Notes: generated by a model from the letters alone, not told the origin. DNA of 64,000 nucleotides from an uncultured Poribacteria bacterium (GCA_958296135.2 CATQHZ020000001.1:640001-704000); one strand, 5' to 3'; shown: positions 40,111-50,897, counted from the stretch's first letter. Translations and numbers: made by a program.

Positions 40111-41163
40111 TTATTCACCGCTTAGGGGTTCTAACAGATTCTGTCCATCAATCCGCTTGCGCAAGAGGGTGTAAATCACCGCGTTTCCCGCGGAAGCGAT
40201 TGAGAACAGGTAAGCGATAACCAGGCATACAACGCTTATCGTCCCGATTGTGAAGAGGCCGGCTGTCGCCGTAGTCCAGAAAGCATTCCCGTCATTCGGT
40301 AGCGTGGTGGGCAAAAATAGCAGTCCATCGAGCCACTCGTTCGCGATGCTAAGCACCTTCGTCATTTCATCCGAGTGCAGGTACCCAATCGGTAGCAAGA
40401 CGATGGCAACGCCGCAGAGGCAGAAAAACCCCCAAATTGGCACGAAGATGAGTTTGAGAACGAATAGTAGCACTTCATACCCTATCATCCGCCACGGTTG
40501 ATGCCAGACAATTGCAAACTGCTGGTAGATTGTCTCAAACGCGTCTGCGCCTGTGGCGGCGACAACCGCTGGTACAAAGAACAGACTCGCGATGAGAACG
40601 ACGCAGATGAACGCTATGAGCAACCCGAGTAAAAAGCCGATGGGCATCAACACCGCTGCAAGCATGAGCATCGGTGTGCCCACCCCTGGGATTTTTCCGA
40701 GTGCCGCGATGCTGAGCGGTATCAACGCCAGAAAACAGAAGATGAGGATTAACCCGATGAACGCGCCGAGGACGGTTTTCCAGCGCGTTTTGAGAAACTG
40801 TGCGGCATCTCCCACCGATAAGAAGTAGTCGCCTCGGAGTTGCTCCATCGTAATTTTAGCGGCAATCGTGCTTGCGAGAAAAAAGATGCCTGCGAAACAC
40901 ACCACCCCTATCCACATTGCAACACGCGTCACGTTCGTCAGTCCTTCATCGGCGAAGGGTGTGAAGGGGTTGAGTGCGTGCGCGTTCCAAAATGCTTGCG
41001 CGGCACCCGTCACTCCCCCGATAAAAAGGCTGAGATACACCAAAGTTTCGTATAGCCCATAGGCGAGGAGAATCCCGACAAAATGCACCGCCATTTTTCG
41101 CCCGCTGAATCCGTAGCGGATACTTCGGAAAATATCCCGATAGTTAAAGTGGAGTTGTTCCAT
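40111..41163 (-). CDS. Hypothetical polytopic membrane protein
   Basis: Long ORF with several hydrophobic segments and its own promoter. Confidence 0.75.
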   Translation of the reverse strand: MEQLHFNYRDIFRSIRYGFSGRKMAVHFVGILLAYGLYETLVYLSLFIGGVTGAAQAFWNAHALNPFTPFADEGLTNVTRVAMWIGVVCFAGIFFLASTIAAKITMEQLRGDYFLSVGDAAQFLKTRWKTVLGAFIGLILIFCFLALIPLSIAALGKIPGVGTPMLMLAAVLMPIGFLLGLLIAFICVVLIASLFFVPAVVAATGADAFETIYQQFAIVWHQPWRMIGYEVLLFVLKLIFVPIWGFFCLCGVAIVLLPIGYLHSDEMTKVLSIANEWLDGLLFLPTTLPNDGNAFWTTATAGLFTIGTISVVCLVIAYLFSIASAGNAVIYTLLRKRIDGQNLLEPLSGE

Positions 41164-41216
41164 GAGTCTCATATTTTTTGTAATCATGCAGGTATCTCAC
41201 GCAGAATGCTATTTTA

Positions 41217-41291
41217 ATTATACCACAATTGACAGGTATCTGTCAAATTTTTATTTTTTAATTTGACATTCACGTGGATTTGTGGTATAAT
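41217..41291. promoter_or_regulatory. Divergent consensus sigma70 promoters (minus: TTGACA-N18-TATAAT; plus: TTGACA-N17-TATAAT)
   Basis: Minus hexamers 41241-41246/41217-41222; plus hexamers 41263-41268/41286-41291. Confidence 0.75.
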
Positions 41292-41312
41292 TAAGCATAA
41301 TCCATTTGTGAA

Positions 41313-41386
41313 CGGGGCGTGGCGCAGCCCGGAAGCGCGCTTGAATGGGGTTCAAGAGGTCGCTGGTTCGAATCCAGTCGCCCCGA
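41313..41386 (+). tRNA. tRNA-Pro (GGG); CCA not encoded
   Basis: CGGGGCG/CGCCCCG acceptor stem, CTTGA-ATGGGGT-TCAAG anticodon arm, GGTTCGAATCC T loop. Confidence 0.95.
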
Positions 41387-41430
41387 TTTATCAGTATTCA
41401 TAGCAGAACACTACGTCTATAGGAGCGGTT

Positions 41431-42753
41431 GTGGATAAACCTTGTATTAATGTGGGCATTTTAGGATGGGGCACCGTCGGCACGGGTGTCTCCAAAATCC
41501 TTGTGAACCAGCATGCTCTCATCGCGAAAAATAGTGGCACGCAGTTATGCCTGAAGAAAATCGTGAAACAGACGCTCCCCGCCTCGCGGCCCGGAGTGAC
41601 GCTGCCCTCGGACTGTTTAACTACCAACCCGGCTGAGGTGGTAGACAATCCGTCCATCGACATCGTTGTTGAGCTCATCGGCGGTGTTTCGGGCGCGCGC
41701 GCGCTCATCAGCCGCGCGCTCCAAAACGGCAAGCATGTTGTCACCGCGAACAAGGCTCTCTTGGCGGAACATGGTGCCGAACTGTTTCAACTCGCTTCGC
41801 AACATCAGGTGAGCCTCAATTTTGAAGCGAGCACCGCCGGTGGTATCCCGATTATCAAAACGCTACAGGAGAGCTTCGCCGGCAATCAGATTCGTTCGCT
41901 CTACGGTATCGTCAACGGCACGTGCAACTACATCTTGAGCGAGATGCACGAGCGTGAGGTAGACTTCGCTGACGTGCTGAAAGCGGCGCAAGACAAGGGC
42001 TACGCCGAGGCAGACCCGACGCTTGACGTTGGTGGCATTGATGCCGCCCAGAAACTGATTTTGCTCATCGCGCTCGCCTATCGCAGCAACCTCTCGCTTG
42101 AAGAACTCTACGTTGAGGGTATCACTAACATCACTCAGAAAGAAATCCAGTATGCGAGCGAGCTCGGCTATGTCATTAAACTCATCGCTATTGCGAAGTT
42201 AACTGATAGGAATCGCGTGGAAGCGCGTGTGCATCCGACGCTTTTGCCGGAACGGAGTTTATTGGCGAACGTCGGCGGCGCGTTCAATGCTGTCTGTGTC
42301 ATTGGTGATGCTGTCGGCCCGACGCTCTTCTACGGACAGGGTGCCGGCGAAATGCCGACTGCCAGCGCGGTTGTCGCCGATATTATTGACGCGGCGAAAT
42401 CGGTGCAGCAGGGAGTCAGCCCACCGATTTCCCAAGCATGGATTGCCGATTCGGAGGCGGAAGTCTCAGTCTGTCCGATTGACGAGATTGAGACGCGGTA
42501 TTACCTCCGCTTCGTCGTGGCAGACCGGCCGGGTGTCTTAGCCAAAATCGGCACTATTCTGGGTAATTGCGATATCAGCATCGCCTCTGTCATCCAGAAG
42601 GACCCGCACGGCATTGATACCGTGTCCCTCGTGATGTTGACACACACGGCGCGTGAGAAAAATATGAAGACCGCGCTGGCGCAGATCTACACGCTTGAAG
42701 AGGTTGAAGGCAACGCGCACCTCATCAGAATTGAAGAAGAAGTCGCGTTTTAA
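41431..42753 (+). CDS. hom: Homoserine dehydrogenase
   Basis: GWGTVG, VVTANK, FEASTAGGIPII, GYAEADPT and C-terminal ACT domain. Confidence 0.95.
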   Translation: MDKPCINVGILGWGTVGTGVSKILVNQHALIAKNSGTQLCLKKIVKQTLPASRPGVTLPSDCLTTNPAEVVDNPSIDIVVELIGGVSGARALISRALQNGKHVVTANKALLAEHGAELFQLASQHQVSLNFEASTAGGIPIIKTLQESFAGNQIRSLYGIVNGTCNYILSEMHEREVDFADVLKAAQDKGYAEADPTLDVGGIDAAQKLILLIALAYRSNLSLEELYVEGITNITQKEIQYASELGYVIKLIAIAKLTDRNRVEARVHPTLLPERSLLANVGGAFNAVCVIGDAVGPTLFYGQGAGEMPTASAVVADIIDAAKSVQQGVSPPISQAWIADSEAEVSVCPIDEIETRYYLRFVVADRPGVLAKIGTILGNCDISIASVIQKDPHGIDTVSLVMLTHTAREKNMKTALAQIYTLEEVEGNAHLIRIEEEVAF

Positions 42754-42838
42754 GGGGCTCGGAAACAAAAACCGAAACATCGCAAGCAGTTCTGGCAAAA
42801 AACGTTCGTTGCTAAACGCGCCTTATGTGAGAAAAAAC

Positions 42839-43393
42839 ATGAAAGACACGTTGGTATTTGACGTTAAGGCACTCCTGCACGAGGATTTCAAGGTTTACGA
42901 AGTACTCGTGCCCTGCGAGAATCTCAAACTTGTCTTTGACGAGGCACGATTTATTCGTCCCCTGGCATGCACAATCAGTCTACTCCGCCAGGATGCCGAC
43001 AATTTCTATGTGACAGCGGACATCACCTCCGTGATTTCCGTGCAGTGCGGACGCTGCCTCAACTCGTTTGAGGTTGACGTTGCCACAGAAATCGGCGTGC
43101 TGTTTTGCCCCGGCGAGGCGCCGAAAGAAGCACTCAGCGATGAACGATACTATGATGGGGACACCTTGGATCTTTCCGAAGATGTGCGGCAAGCACTTGT
43201 GCTTGAGGTACCGAGTTGGCCCCTGTGTGCCGAAGACTGCCAAGGACTCTGCTCGCAGTGTGGAGCCGAACTTAATGAAGGCGCGTGTGACTGCGAGATA
43301 ATAGAGGAACCGTCTGTCCCGGCGGCGCGAAATCCATTTGCTGTCCTCGCGCAGATGTTGCCGGGTACCGACGCGGCATCCAACAAAGATTAA
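42839..43393 (+). CDS. DUF177/YceD family protein
   Basis: CGRCL and LCAEDCQGLCSQCG motifs; upstream of rpmF. Confidence 0.9.
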   Translation: MKDTLVFDVKALLHEDFKVYEVLVPCENLKLVFDEARFIRPLACTISLLRQDADNFYVTADITSVISVQCGRCLNSFEVDVATEIGVLFCPGEAPKEALSDERYYDGDTLDLSEDVRQALVLEVPSWPLCAEDCQGLCSQCGAELNEGACDCEIIEEPSVPAARNPFAVLAQMLPGTDAASNKD

Positions 43394-43401
43394 CCTGCAG
43401 G

Positions 43402-43485
43402 ATAGGCGTAATTTTTGCATAGGCGTAATTTTTGCATAGGCGTAATTTCTGCATAGACGTAATTTCTGCATAGACGTAATTTTGC
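43402..43485. repeat. 5 x 17-bp tandem repeat ATAGRCGTAATTTYTGC
   Basis: Units at 43402, 43419, 43436, 43453 and 43470 (last unit 16 bp). Confidence 0.9.
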
Positions 43486-43541
43486 GCGGTTGCAAACCGC
43501 GCCTACCGGTTTGTTCTGCTAACTTTTAGGAGGGAACCTTC

Positions 43542-43727
43542 ATGGCGCATCCGAAACGGAGAACGTCTAAATCCAAGAAAAAAATGCGGCGGAGCCATCA
43601 CGCGCTCCTCGAGAAAGCTATCAGCGTTTGTTCCTATTGTGGGGAGATGCTGATCTCCCATCGTGTCTGTTCCGAGTGTGGGTATTACAACGGCAGACCT
43701 GTGCTAAAATCCGCTGAGGATGTCTAA
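43542..43727 (+). CDS. rpmF: 50S ribosomal protein L32
   Basis: MAHPKRRTSKSKKKMRRSH and two CxxC motifs. Confidence 0.95.
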   Translation: MAHPKRRTSKSKKKMRRSHHALLEKAISVCSYCGEMLISHRVCSECGYYNGRPVLKSAEDV

Positions 43728-43793
43728 CCCCGGTTCGGCGGAGACGGGCGATGTGAAGGTCGCCCGGCTTGCCGGCGTGGAAACTACAAATTC

Positions 43794-44795
43794 ATGTCCA
43801 CACAAAAACCTCGATACGCAACGATTACAGGGACAGGTGCCTACCTTCCTGAGAAGGTTGTCACCAATTTTGACCTCGAGCAGATGGTGGATACCAGTGA
43901 CGAGTGGATCCGTCAGCGCACGGGCATTTCGGAGCGGCGCATCGCTGAAGACGACACCGCCACGTCAGACCTCAGTGTCCAAGCCGCCCGCCGCGCCATC
44001 AAACGCGCGCAGATCGATCCGGTTGACATCGAGATGATCCTCGTCGCTACCGTGACACCAGACACCTTTTTTCCGTCAACCGCGTGCTATGTCCAGAAAG
44101 GCATCGGTGCGAAAAACGCATCGGCGATGGATATCTCCGCCGCCTGCGCCGGCTTCCTCTACGGCCTCGATTTGGCGGATGGCTTGATTAAGTCTGGACG
44201 TTATGATACCATTCTTGTCGTCGGCGGTGAAGTTTTCAACAATATCATTGACTGGAAAGATAGAAGTACGTGCGTCCTCTTCGGCGATGGCGCGGGTGCG
44301 GCTGTTGTCCAATCGACTGAAGAACCGAAGGGCATCCTCGCCTCTTACATCGGCTCCGATGGGGATTATGCGGACATTAACCTGCTCGGCATCCCTGCCG
44401 GTGGTTCACGCATGCCGCTGACGGCTGAGGGGCTCGACCGGAAGTTGGACAAAATCCAGATGAATGGCAGGGAAGTGTTCAAACTCGGTGTGCGGCTCAT
44501 GCCAGAGGCGGCGCAGCGCGTTCTTCGGCAAGCAAACGTCACCGTAGAGGAGATAGATCTGCTGATTCCGCATCAAGCGAACCTGCGCATCATTGAGGCA
44601 GTCGGCGACAGACTCGGCGTGCCGCGCGAGAAGGTGTATGTCAACGTTGACAAATACGGGAACACCTCCGCGGCAACAGTAATTATCGCGCTTGACGAAG
44701 CGATTCGCGAAGGCTGCGCCAAACCCGGTGACCTGATTCTGCTCGTAACGTTTGGTGCGGGTGTGACATGGGGCAGCACCCTTCTGCGGTTGTAA
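43794..44795 (+). CDS. fabH: 3-oxoacyl-ACP synthase III
   Basis: AACAGF, FGDGAGA, PHQAN, GNTSAA. Confidence 0.95.
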   Translation: MSTQKPRYATITGTGAYLPEKVVTNFDLEQMVDTSDEWIRQRTGISERRIAEDDTATSDLSVQAARRAIKRAQIDPVDIEMILVATVTPDTFFPSTACYVQKGIGAKNASAMDISAACAGFLYGLDLADGLIKSGRYDTILVVGGEVFNNIIDWKDRSTCVLFGDGAGAAVVQSTEEPKGILASYIGSDGDYADINLLGIPAGGSRMPLTAEGLDRKLDKIQMNGREVFKLGVRLMPEAAQRVLRQANVTVEEIDLLIPHQANLRIIEAVGDRLGVPREKVYVNVDKYGNTSAATVIIALDEAIREGCAKPGDLILLVTFGAGVTWGSTLLRL

Positions 44796-44799
44796 GAAA

Positions 44800-45735
44800 A
44801 TGACGCAAATCGCCTTTATTTTTCCAGGACAAGGTTCGCAGCAGGTGGGCATGGGCGCGGCACTCGCGCAAGAATATCCGATTGCACGCGCCGTTTTCGA
44901 TGAGGCAGATGCCAGAGTCGGCTCGCGACAGCTCAGCACCCTCTGTTTCCAAGGACCGGCGGCGGCGTTAAAGCAGACAGAAAATACGCAACTCGCTATT
45001 TTGACGTGCAGCGTTGCCACCTTGCGCGTACTTAACCACCTCGGTGTTGTGCCGAAGGCAGTAGCGGGACATAGTTTAGGCGAGTATGCTGCCCTTGTCG
45101 CTGTCGGTGCGCTTGGCTTTTCCGATGCCCTGACGTTAGTGCGCGCGCGGGCGCAAGCGATGGCAGCAGCAGGAGAAAAGCGGAAAGGCACGATGGCCGC
45201 TATCCTCGGCATGGAAGCGGAACGCCTACAAAAATTGTGTGAGGAAGCCGGTGGTATCGTCAACATCGCGAATTACAACTGCCCTGGGCAATTGGTAATT
45301 TCAGGCGAGGTTGATGCTGTCACTCGCGTCGTGGCACTCGCCAGTGCCGAAATTGGCGCGCGCCGATGTCGTCCGTTGCCGGTAAGCGGTGCGTTTCATT
45401 CGCCGTTGATGGAGCCCGCGCAAAAAGAGTTCGGGCCTGTGCTTAACGGTGTGAAGTTGCATCCGCCGCAGTTAGAGGTGGCGATGAACGTGACAGGCGC
45501 GTTCGCCTCGGATGCCGCAGAAATCCAGGGGCTTCTGTTTCGGCAGATAACGGCACCGGTTCAGTGGGAAACATCGCTGCAGACGCTTGCCGCGTCGGGC
45601 ATATCACACTTCGTGGAAGTGGGTCCGGGGAAGGTCTTGTCAGGGCTCGTGAATCGCACAGTACGTGGCAGCGTTGCAGTGAACGTTGAGGATGTTGAAA
45701 GCCTCAAAGGGGCATTGGAAAAGATTCAGGAATAG
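44800..45735 (+). CDS. fabD: Malonyl-CoA-ACP transacylase
   Basis: FPGQGSQ, GHSLGEY, SGAFHS. Confidence 0.95.
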   Translation: MTQIAFIFPGQGSQQVGMGAALAQEYPIARAVFDEADARVGSRQLSTLCFQGPAAALKQTENTQLAILTCSVATLRVLNHLGVVPKAVAGHSLGEYAALVAVGALGFSDALTLVRARAQAMAAAGEKRKGTMAAILGMEAERLQKLCEEAGGIVNIANYNCPGQLVISGEVDAVTRVVALASAEIGARRCRPLPVSGAFHSPLMEPAQKEFGPVLNGVKLHPPQLEVAMNVTGAFASDAAEIQGLLFRQITAPVQWETSLQTLAASGISHFVEVGPGKVLSGLVNRTVRGSVAVNVEDVESLKGALEKIQE

Positions 45736-45742
45736 ACAAAAG

Positions 45743-46480
45743 ATGTTGACAGGAAAAACCGCAATTGTCACAGGTGCCTCGCGGGGCATCGGTGCTGCGA
45801 TTGCACGCAAGTTGTGCGAAGCCGGCTCAAACGTAGTCATCTGCTCGCGTTCCGATGAGGCAGTCGCCGCTATCGCCGATGCTTTGAATAGCGAGGGATA
45901 CACGGCGATATCCACTGCAGCGGACATCTCCCGAAAAGGGGACGTGGAGGCACTCGTCAAGACGACGCTGGGTAGGTTTTCACAAATCGATATTCTGGTA
46001 AACAACGCCGGGATTACCCGCGATACGCTGCTCATGCGCCTGAAAGATGAGGACTGGGATGCTGTCTTGCAGACGAACCTCACTGGCACGATGTATTGCA
46101 CGCGCGCGGTGCTTCGTCCCATGATTCGTCAGAGAAGCGGCCGGATTATCAACATTTCGTCGGTTATCGGTGTCATGGGCAACCCGGGGCAGGCGAGTTA
46201 CGCCGCCGCGAAGGCAGGCATCCTCGGCTTCACCAAGACTATCGCGAGAGAAGTGGGCGTGCGCGGGATTACCGTCAACGCTATCGCCCCCGGCTTCATT
46301 ACTACCGACATGACGGCACAAATACCGGAACAGCATCAGAACCAACTGCTTGATCTGATTCCGTTGCGGCGTTTTGGTGGCCCCGAAGATGTGGCAGACG
46401 CTGTCTGCTTTTTGGCATCCGATGCCGCACGTTATATCACCGGCCAAACCCTCCACGTTGATGGCGGCATGGTGATGTAG
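45743..46480 (+). CDS. fabG: 3-oxoacyl-ACP reductase
   Basis: TGASRGIG, NNAGITRD, YAAAK. Confidence 0.95.
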   Translation: MLTGKTAIVTGASRGIGAAIARKLCEAGSNVVICSRSDEAVAAIADALNSEGYTAISTAADISRKGDVEALVKTTLGRFSQIDILVNNAGITRDTLLMRLKDEDWDAVLQTNLTGTMYCTRAVLRPMIRQRSGRIINISSVIGVMGNPGQASYAAAKAGILGFTKTIAREVGVRGITVNAIAPGFITTDMTAQIPEQHQNQLLDLIPLRRFGGPEDVADAVCFLASDAARYITGQTLHVDGGMVM

Positions 46481-46728
46481 CTGAAGAATTACCGGCGGCG
46501 CGGTTTGGAACCGCGCGTGTTACCCCGCGCTTCTAACGCGCACCTACCGGAAAAACAGAGCGGGGCTATATGAAGTTTCAGAATGAAATCGGGCACGTGC
46601 TGTGACGGTAAGGGCGGATGTCTATGGTTTCCGCCCGCCACGATGAACCGAAATGAACCGATGATTTACTGATTCTTCATCAGGCCTCGAGACGCTTGAT
46701 AAATAAGAGAGGAGATTCACAACCGATT

Positions 46729-46962
46729 ATGGCAGCAAATCAGGAACGCCTTATTGAAATTATCGCGCAACAACTCGGTGTTGAGAAGGCTAGCGTTACC
46801 CCAGACGCTTCCTTTATGGAAGACCTCGGGGCAGATTCGCTTGACACCGTGGAGCTAGTGATGGCCCTGGAAGAGGAATTCGATCTTGAAATCCCCGACA
46901 GCGAAGCCGAGAAAATCCAGAATGTTCAAGACGCACTCAAGTATCTTGACGAACATGGGTAG
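46729..46962 (+). CDS. acpP: Acyl carrier protein
   Basis: [20 protein letters not shown]. Confidence 0.95.
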   Translation: MAANQERLIEIIAQQLGVEKASVTPDASFMEDLGADSLDTVELVMALEEEFDLEIPDSEAEKIQNVQDALKYLDEHG

Positions 46963-47191
46963 GGCCCCGCAGGGGCATCGCACCTACGCATGTCGGAACC
47001 CGCTGTGGTTCAGTTGTTTGACGCTAGGCCTGACGCAAGCCATCGCGGTAGGCGCGCGTTGTAAGCGCGCTTGAACGACCCGGGACGCGTCAGCCTAACG
47101 TTTCAACCCCATAGCCTGAAACCTCTGTCGTGTGGGAGCTTCGGTTCCCGCACTCGCCTGCCACTGCGCAGTCTTCCAAAGGATCGGTCTC

Positions 47192-48424
47192 GTGGAGCGT
47201 GTAGTTATTACAGGAATCGGCGTTGTCAACGCAATCGGCAACACGAAAAATGAATATTGGGATGCGCTTGCCACCGGTAAAAACGGAATCGGACCTTTAA
47301 CCTATTTTGATGCCACCGATTTTCGCACCCAGATAGCCGGCGAGGTTAAGAATTTCCAGCCTGCTGTGTATATGGATAGAAAAGCGGCCGCTCGATTCCC
47401 GCTTTTCATTCAGTATGCGCTTGCCGCCGCGACCATGGCGCGCGAAGATGCCGGTTTGGTGCTCGATAAACTCGACCCTTACCGTGCCGGTGTCCAAATC
47501 GGTTCCGGTGTCGGCGGCATCGGCGTGCTTGAGGAAAACGCTAGAATCCTGGTCGAAAGGGGCCCTAAGCGCGTCAGCCCTTTCCTCGTGCCGTTCATGA
47601 TTATCAACATGGCGGCGGGGCAAGTCTCTATCCATTTTAACCTCAAGGGCCCGAACTCCGCCTCGGTGACTGCCTGCGCGACAGCGAACCACTCCATCGG
47701 TGAATCGTTTCGCCTCATTCAGCAGGGACATGCCGATGTGATGTTTACCGGCGGTGCTGAGTCTGCGATTACGCCGCTGTCGTTCGCGGGGTTCTGTTCG
47801 ATGCGCGCCATGTCCGCCCGTAACCATGAACCTGAGCGCGCCTCGCGCCCGTTCAACAAAGACCGGGATGGCTTTGTCATGGGCGATGGTGCGGGCATCC
47901 TTATTCTTGAATCCCTGACGCATGCTAAAAAGCGTGGTGCGCATATCTATGCCGAAGTCGCAGGATTCGGGATGACATCCGATGCTCACGACATGGTGAG
48001 TCCGCCTGAAAACGGCGAGGGCGCGGCGAAGGCGATGGAATTCGCACTGCAAGATGCGCAACTCCCGATAGATGCCGTTGACTATATCAACGCGCACGGC
48101 ACCTCTACTCCCATCGGGGATATCGCGGAGACGAACGCCATCAAAACCCTTTTCGGTGCGCGCGCTTACGAGGTTCCCATCAGCTCAACGAAATCGATGG
48201 TTGGGCATTTGCTCGGCGCGGCGGGAGCGGTAGAGCTCATCGCCTGCTTAGGTGGCATGGCGAGAGGCTTCTTGCCGCCCACCATCAACTACGAAGTGCC
48301 GGATGAAGCGTGCGACCTGGACTATGTCCCGAATGAGAGTCGTGATGCAAAAGTAAACGTTGCGCTCTCCAATGCGTTCGGGTTCGGCGGACATAACACC
48401 TCCATCGCCATCCGCAAACTGTAA
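47192..48424 (+). CDS. fabF: 3-oxoacyl-ACP synthase II
   Basis: [31 protein letters not shown]. Confidence 0.95.
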   Translation: MERVVITGIGVVNAIGNTKNEYWDALATGKNGIGPLTYFDATDFRTQIAGEVKNFQPAVYMDRKAAARFPLFIQYALAAATMAREDAGLVLDKLDPYRAGVQIGSGVGGIGVLEENARILVERGPKRVSPFLVPFMIINMAAGQVSIHFNLKGPNSASVTACATANHSIGESFRLIQQGHADVMFTGGAESAITPLSFAGFCSMRAMSARNHEPERASRPFNKDRDGFVMGDGAGILILESLTHAKKRGAHIYAEVAGFGMTSDAHDMVSPPENGEGAAKAMEFALQDAQLPIDAVDYINAHGTSTPIGDIAETNAIKTLFGARAYEVPISSTKSMVGHLLGAAGAVELIACLGGMARGFLPPTINYEVPDEACDLDYVPNESRDAKVNVALSNAFGFGGHNTSIAIRKL

Positions 48425-48540
48425 AAACGGCTGTCGCCCCTATCCGTTCCGATCGCGAGGGACAGCCCCTCGCGCTACGGTGAGTAAGGAACGGGAAAGC
48501 AGGATGCAACAACGGCGCATGCGGTTCAGCGGAGAGAGAC

Positions 48541-49086
48541 GTGATTGCACAAGAATGCTTATCGGACGCTTCGCGCCAATACAAAAAACTCGCATACATC
48601 GGCTTCGGTAGCAACATCGGCGACAGACGTGCCTATATCCGCAATGCCCTCCATCGCCTCGCGGCAGTGGAGGGTGTTATCTTGCAAAAGGTCTCCTCCC
48701 TCTACGAAACCGCGCCGGTGGGCTATGAAGAGCAGGGACAGTTTCTCAACGGAGTCGCCGAAGTACAAACGTCTCTCTCTCCGCACTGCCTGCTGCACAC
48801 CTTGAAAGAGATTGAGAGAGCGGTAGGTAGACAACATCGTATCCGCTGGGGTCCGCGCGAAATCGATTTAGATGTGTTAATCTATGGAGATGTGTGTTTG
48901 CGTGAGGAGGGGCTTATCCTTCCACATCCGGAGATGCATCGTCGTCGATTTGTGCTGGTGCCTTTTGCGGAGATTGCGGCGGCGGTTGTGCATCCGGTGT
49001 TGGGGGAGAGTATTGGTGAGTTGCTGGAGGGGGTTGGGGATTGTGCGGGTGTTCGGAAAAGCGCGGATTCTTTCCAAACACCCTGA
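48541..49086 (+). CDS. folK: 2-amino-4-hydroxy-6-hydroxymethyldihydropteridine diphosphokinase
   Basis: GFGSNIGD, WGPREIDLDVL, LPHP, RRFVLVP; start uncertain. Confidence 0.92.
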   Translation: MIAQECLSDASRQYKKLAYIGFGSNIGDRRAYIRNALHRLAAVEGVILQKVSSLYETAPVGYEEQGQFLNGVAEVQTSLSPHCLLHTLKEIERAVGRQHRIRWGPREIDLDVLIYGDVCLREEGLILPHPEMHRRRFVLVPFAEIAAAVVHPVLGESIGELLEGVGDCAGVRKSADSFQTP

Positions 49087-49124
49087 ATGCAAACCCTTTT
49101 AAATCCTGGCTTCCCTCGCGCGCT

Positions 49125-49535
49125 CTACCACGATGGTTTCTCAAAGAAACCTATCTTGACATAGAGTTTTTTGTACATTACGATGGCATCGGACCCCCAG
49201 CTCTTGCGGATCTCTTCCCGATAACCAGAAGCGTTTCCAGGAAGATGATACACATGAATTTGCTCGGCGTAGTCCTCCCCGAACAAATCCTTTATGTTGT
49301 AATAGATGTTCCTCGCAACTGCCCCAGCTTCGTCGGCGGAAATGCGTCGTTGGAATTCTTCCACGCTGTCGTAAGGTGGGTATTCCATTGAAATCTCAAA
49401 CCAGGGCCAGTCACTTTCGACTAGAACAAGATTGAAATCGCTTGCTGCATCTATAGCCGAAACGAGAGTTTTCACGTATGAGGCCAGTTGGTTTTTGTAA
49501 ATGGCCTCCTGCGTATCCTTCATTGTTCTTGACAT
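49125..49535 (-). CDS. Hypothetical protein
   Basis: GAGGA RBS before ATG at 49535; protein-like composition. Confidence 0.6.
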   Translation of the reverse strand: MSRTMKDTQEAIYKNQLASYVKTLVSAIDAASDFNLVLVESDWPWFEISMEYPPYDSVEEFQRRISADEAGAVARNIYYNIKDLFGEDYAEQIHVYHLPGNASGYREEIRKSWGSDAIVMYKKLYVKIGFFEKPSW

Positions 49536-49731
49536 TGTATTGTCCTCTATTATAATACCCATAGTATGCAAACGCCGCAATGCTTGGGTGTATCGGTTTG
49601 ACGGTTTGTGCAGGCCGATTGCAAGCGACGTTAATGCCTGCTGAACGAATTCCTTTTTCTGAAGGAGTGCGCGCACTACGAGGGTAAGGATGAATTTCTA
49701 TATCCGCCCGTATTGATACCCGTGTGGGCGG

Positions 49732-50763
49732 TTATTCGTCGTTTAGCAACTCATCCATCATTTCGGAAATCTGCCCCAGCCGTGCCTCTTGCATCTCTGA
49801 TGTCCTTTCTGCTTGGGTGATCAAGCTTAGCATGCGACGGAGCAGGAAGGCTTTTTTCTCACCCGGTTCGTCGGAGAAACGAGACCCTAACTCGTCAATG
49901 CTTTTCCGATGCTCCGCAATGCTTTTCCGATGCTCCGCCGCCTTGCGTTCAAGTTCCTTAATAAGTTGATACGCTCTCGCGACCGCATTCTTACCCCATT
50001 TTTCCGCCACAGTCGTCTGAATCCAGTTATCAACTTTATCATTAGAGACAGAGGTGTTGAACCACTTTTTTGTTGACAGTTGGCCCAATTCCTTATTTAA
50101 GAATTTTTCGATTGCCCCATCTCCCAGCGACTGGTCATGGTTTCTACTGAGTCTGGCAACAAAAGTGTCGCATTCAAAATCCTTACGAGACAAAAATAGG
50201 CGAATCTTCACTGCAATGCTCCGATCTACGGAATTAAGGCAATCCACCCTGAGCGTTACAGGACGTTCATCTCCCGGATCAAACTTGTAATCGGGTACGA
50301 GAAAACTCATCCACATACGCGCGCCGTATTTGGAAAGGCGCAACTTCGCCTGAAGAGACTCTAAATCGGTAGTCTCTTTTTTGCGGGTTCCAAAAAGGCC
50401 TCCTAACAGCACGAGAGTGTTCTCCTCAGGAGCTACGTTTGTTCGCCTAGATTCGCTGACTACCCTTAACGCGTTCAACACGCTGTCAAGAACTTCGTGA
50501 TGTTGAACAAGTTTATAGTTGTTGTTTGTAACCGCAGCAACGGGTATACGGATGCTATTCTCGGGATTAACCTCATCCCCGATACCGACTTCACCCAAGG
50601 GATCGCGCGCGATGAGATCTAGGTATTCGTTCACACCCGCACCGATGTGAAAAGGCGATCTCGTGAAAGTTGGAATTTTCAGTCGAAGTTCGCTGATGGG
50701 TCCGGAGTTATCTTTGAACTCGCGACGGAGCCATAAATTTTCGTCGGCCGTTTTAAATGCCAT
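49732..50763 (-). CDS. DUF932-like (phage/plasmid-associated) protein
   Basis: VTNNNYKLVQH, YGARMW and LNSVDRS motifs recalled for DUF932; AAGGAG RBS. Confidence 0.55.
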   Translation of the reverse strand: MAFKTADENLWLRREFKDNSGPISELRLKIPTFTRSPFHIGAGVNEYLDLIARDPLGEVGIGDEVNPENSIRIPVAAVTNNNYKLVQHHEVLDSVLNALRVVSESRRTNVAPEENTLVLLGGLFGTRKKETTDLESLQAKLRLSKYGARMWMSFLVPDYKFDPGDERPVTLRVDCLNSVDRSIAVKIRLFLSRKDFECDTFVARLSRNHDQSLGDGAIEKFLNKELGQLSTKKWFNTSVSNDKVDNWIQTTVAEKWGKNAVARAYQLIKELERKAAEHRKSIAEHRKSIDELGSRFSDEPGEKKAFLLRRMLSLITQAERTSEMQEARLGQISEMMDELLNDE

Positions 50764-50897
50764 AACGTCACTCCTTTCCTTGCCGGTTATGGAACCGAAT
50801 TTCTGAGATGTTATTCCAGTTTGCACACCTAGAAGAAAACGGCGGCGTATACCACGTCCGGCTAGATGTGCTTTGATTTGTCACCTGCGTACGTTTA

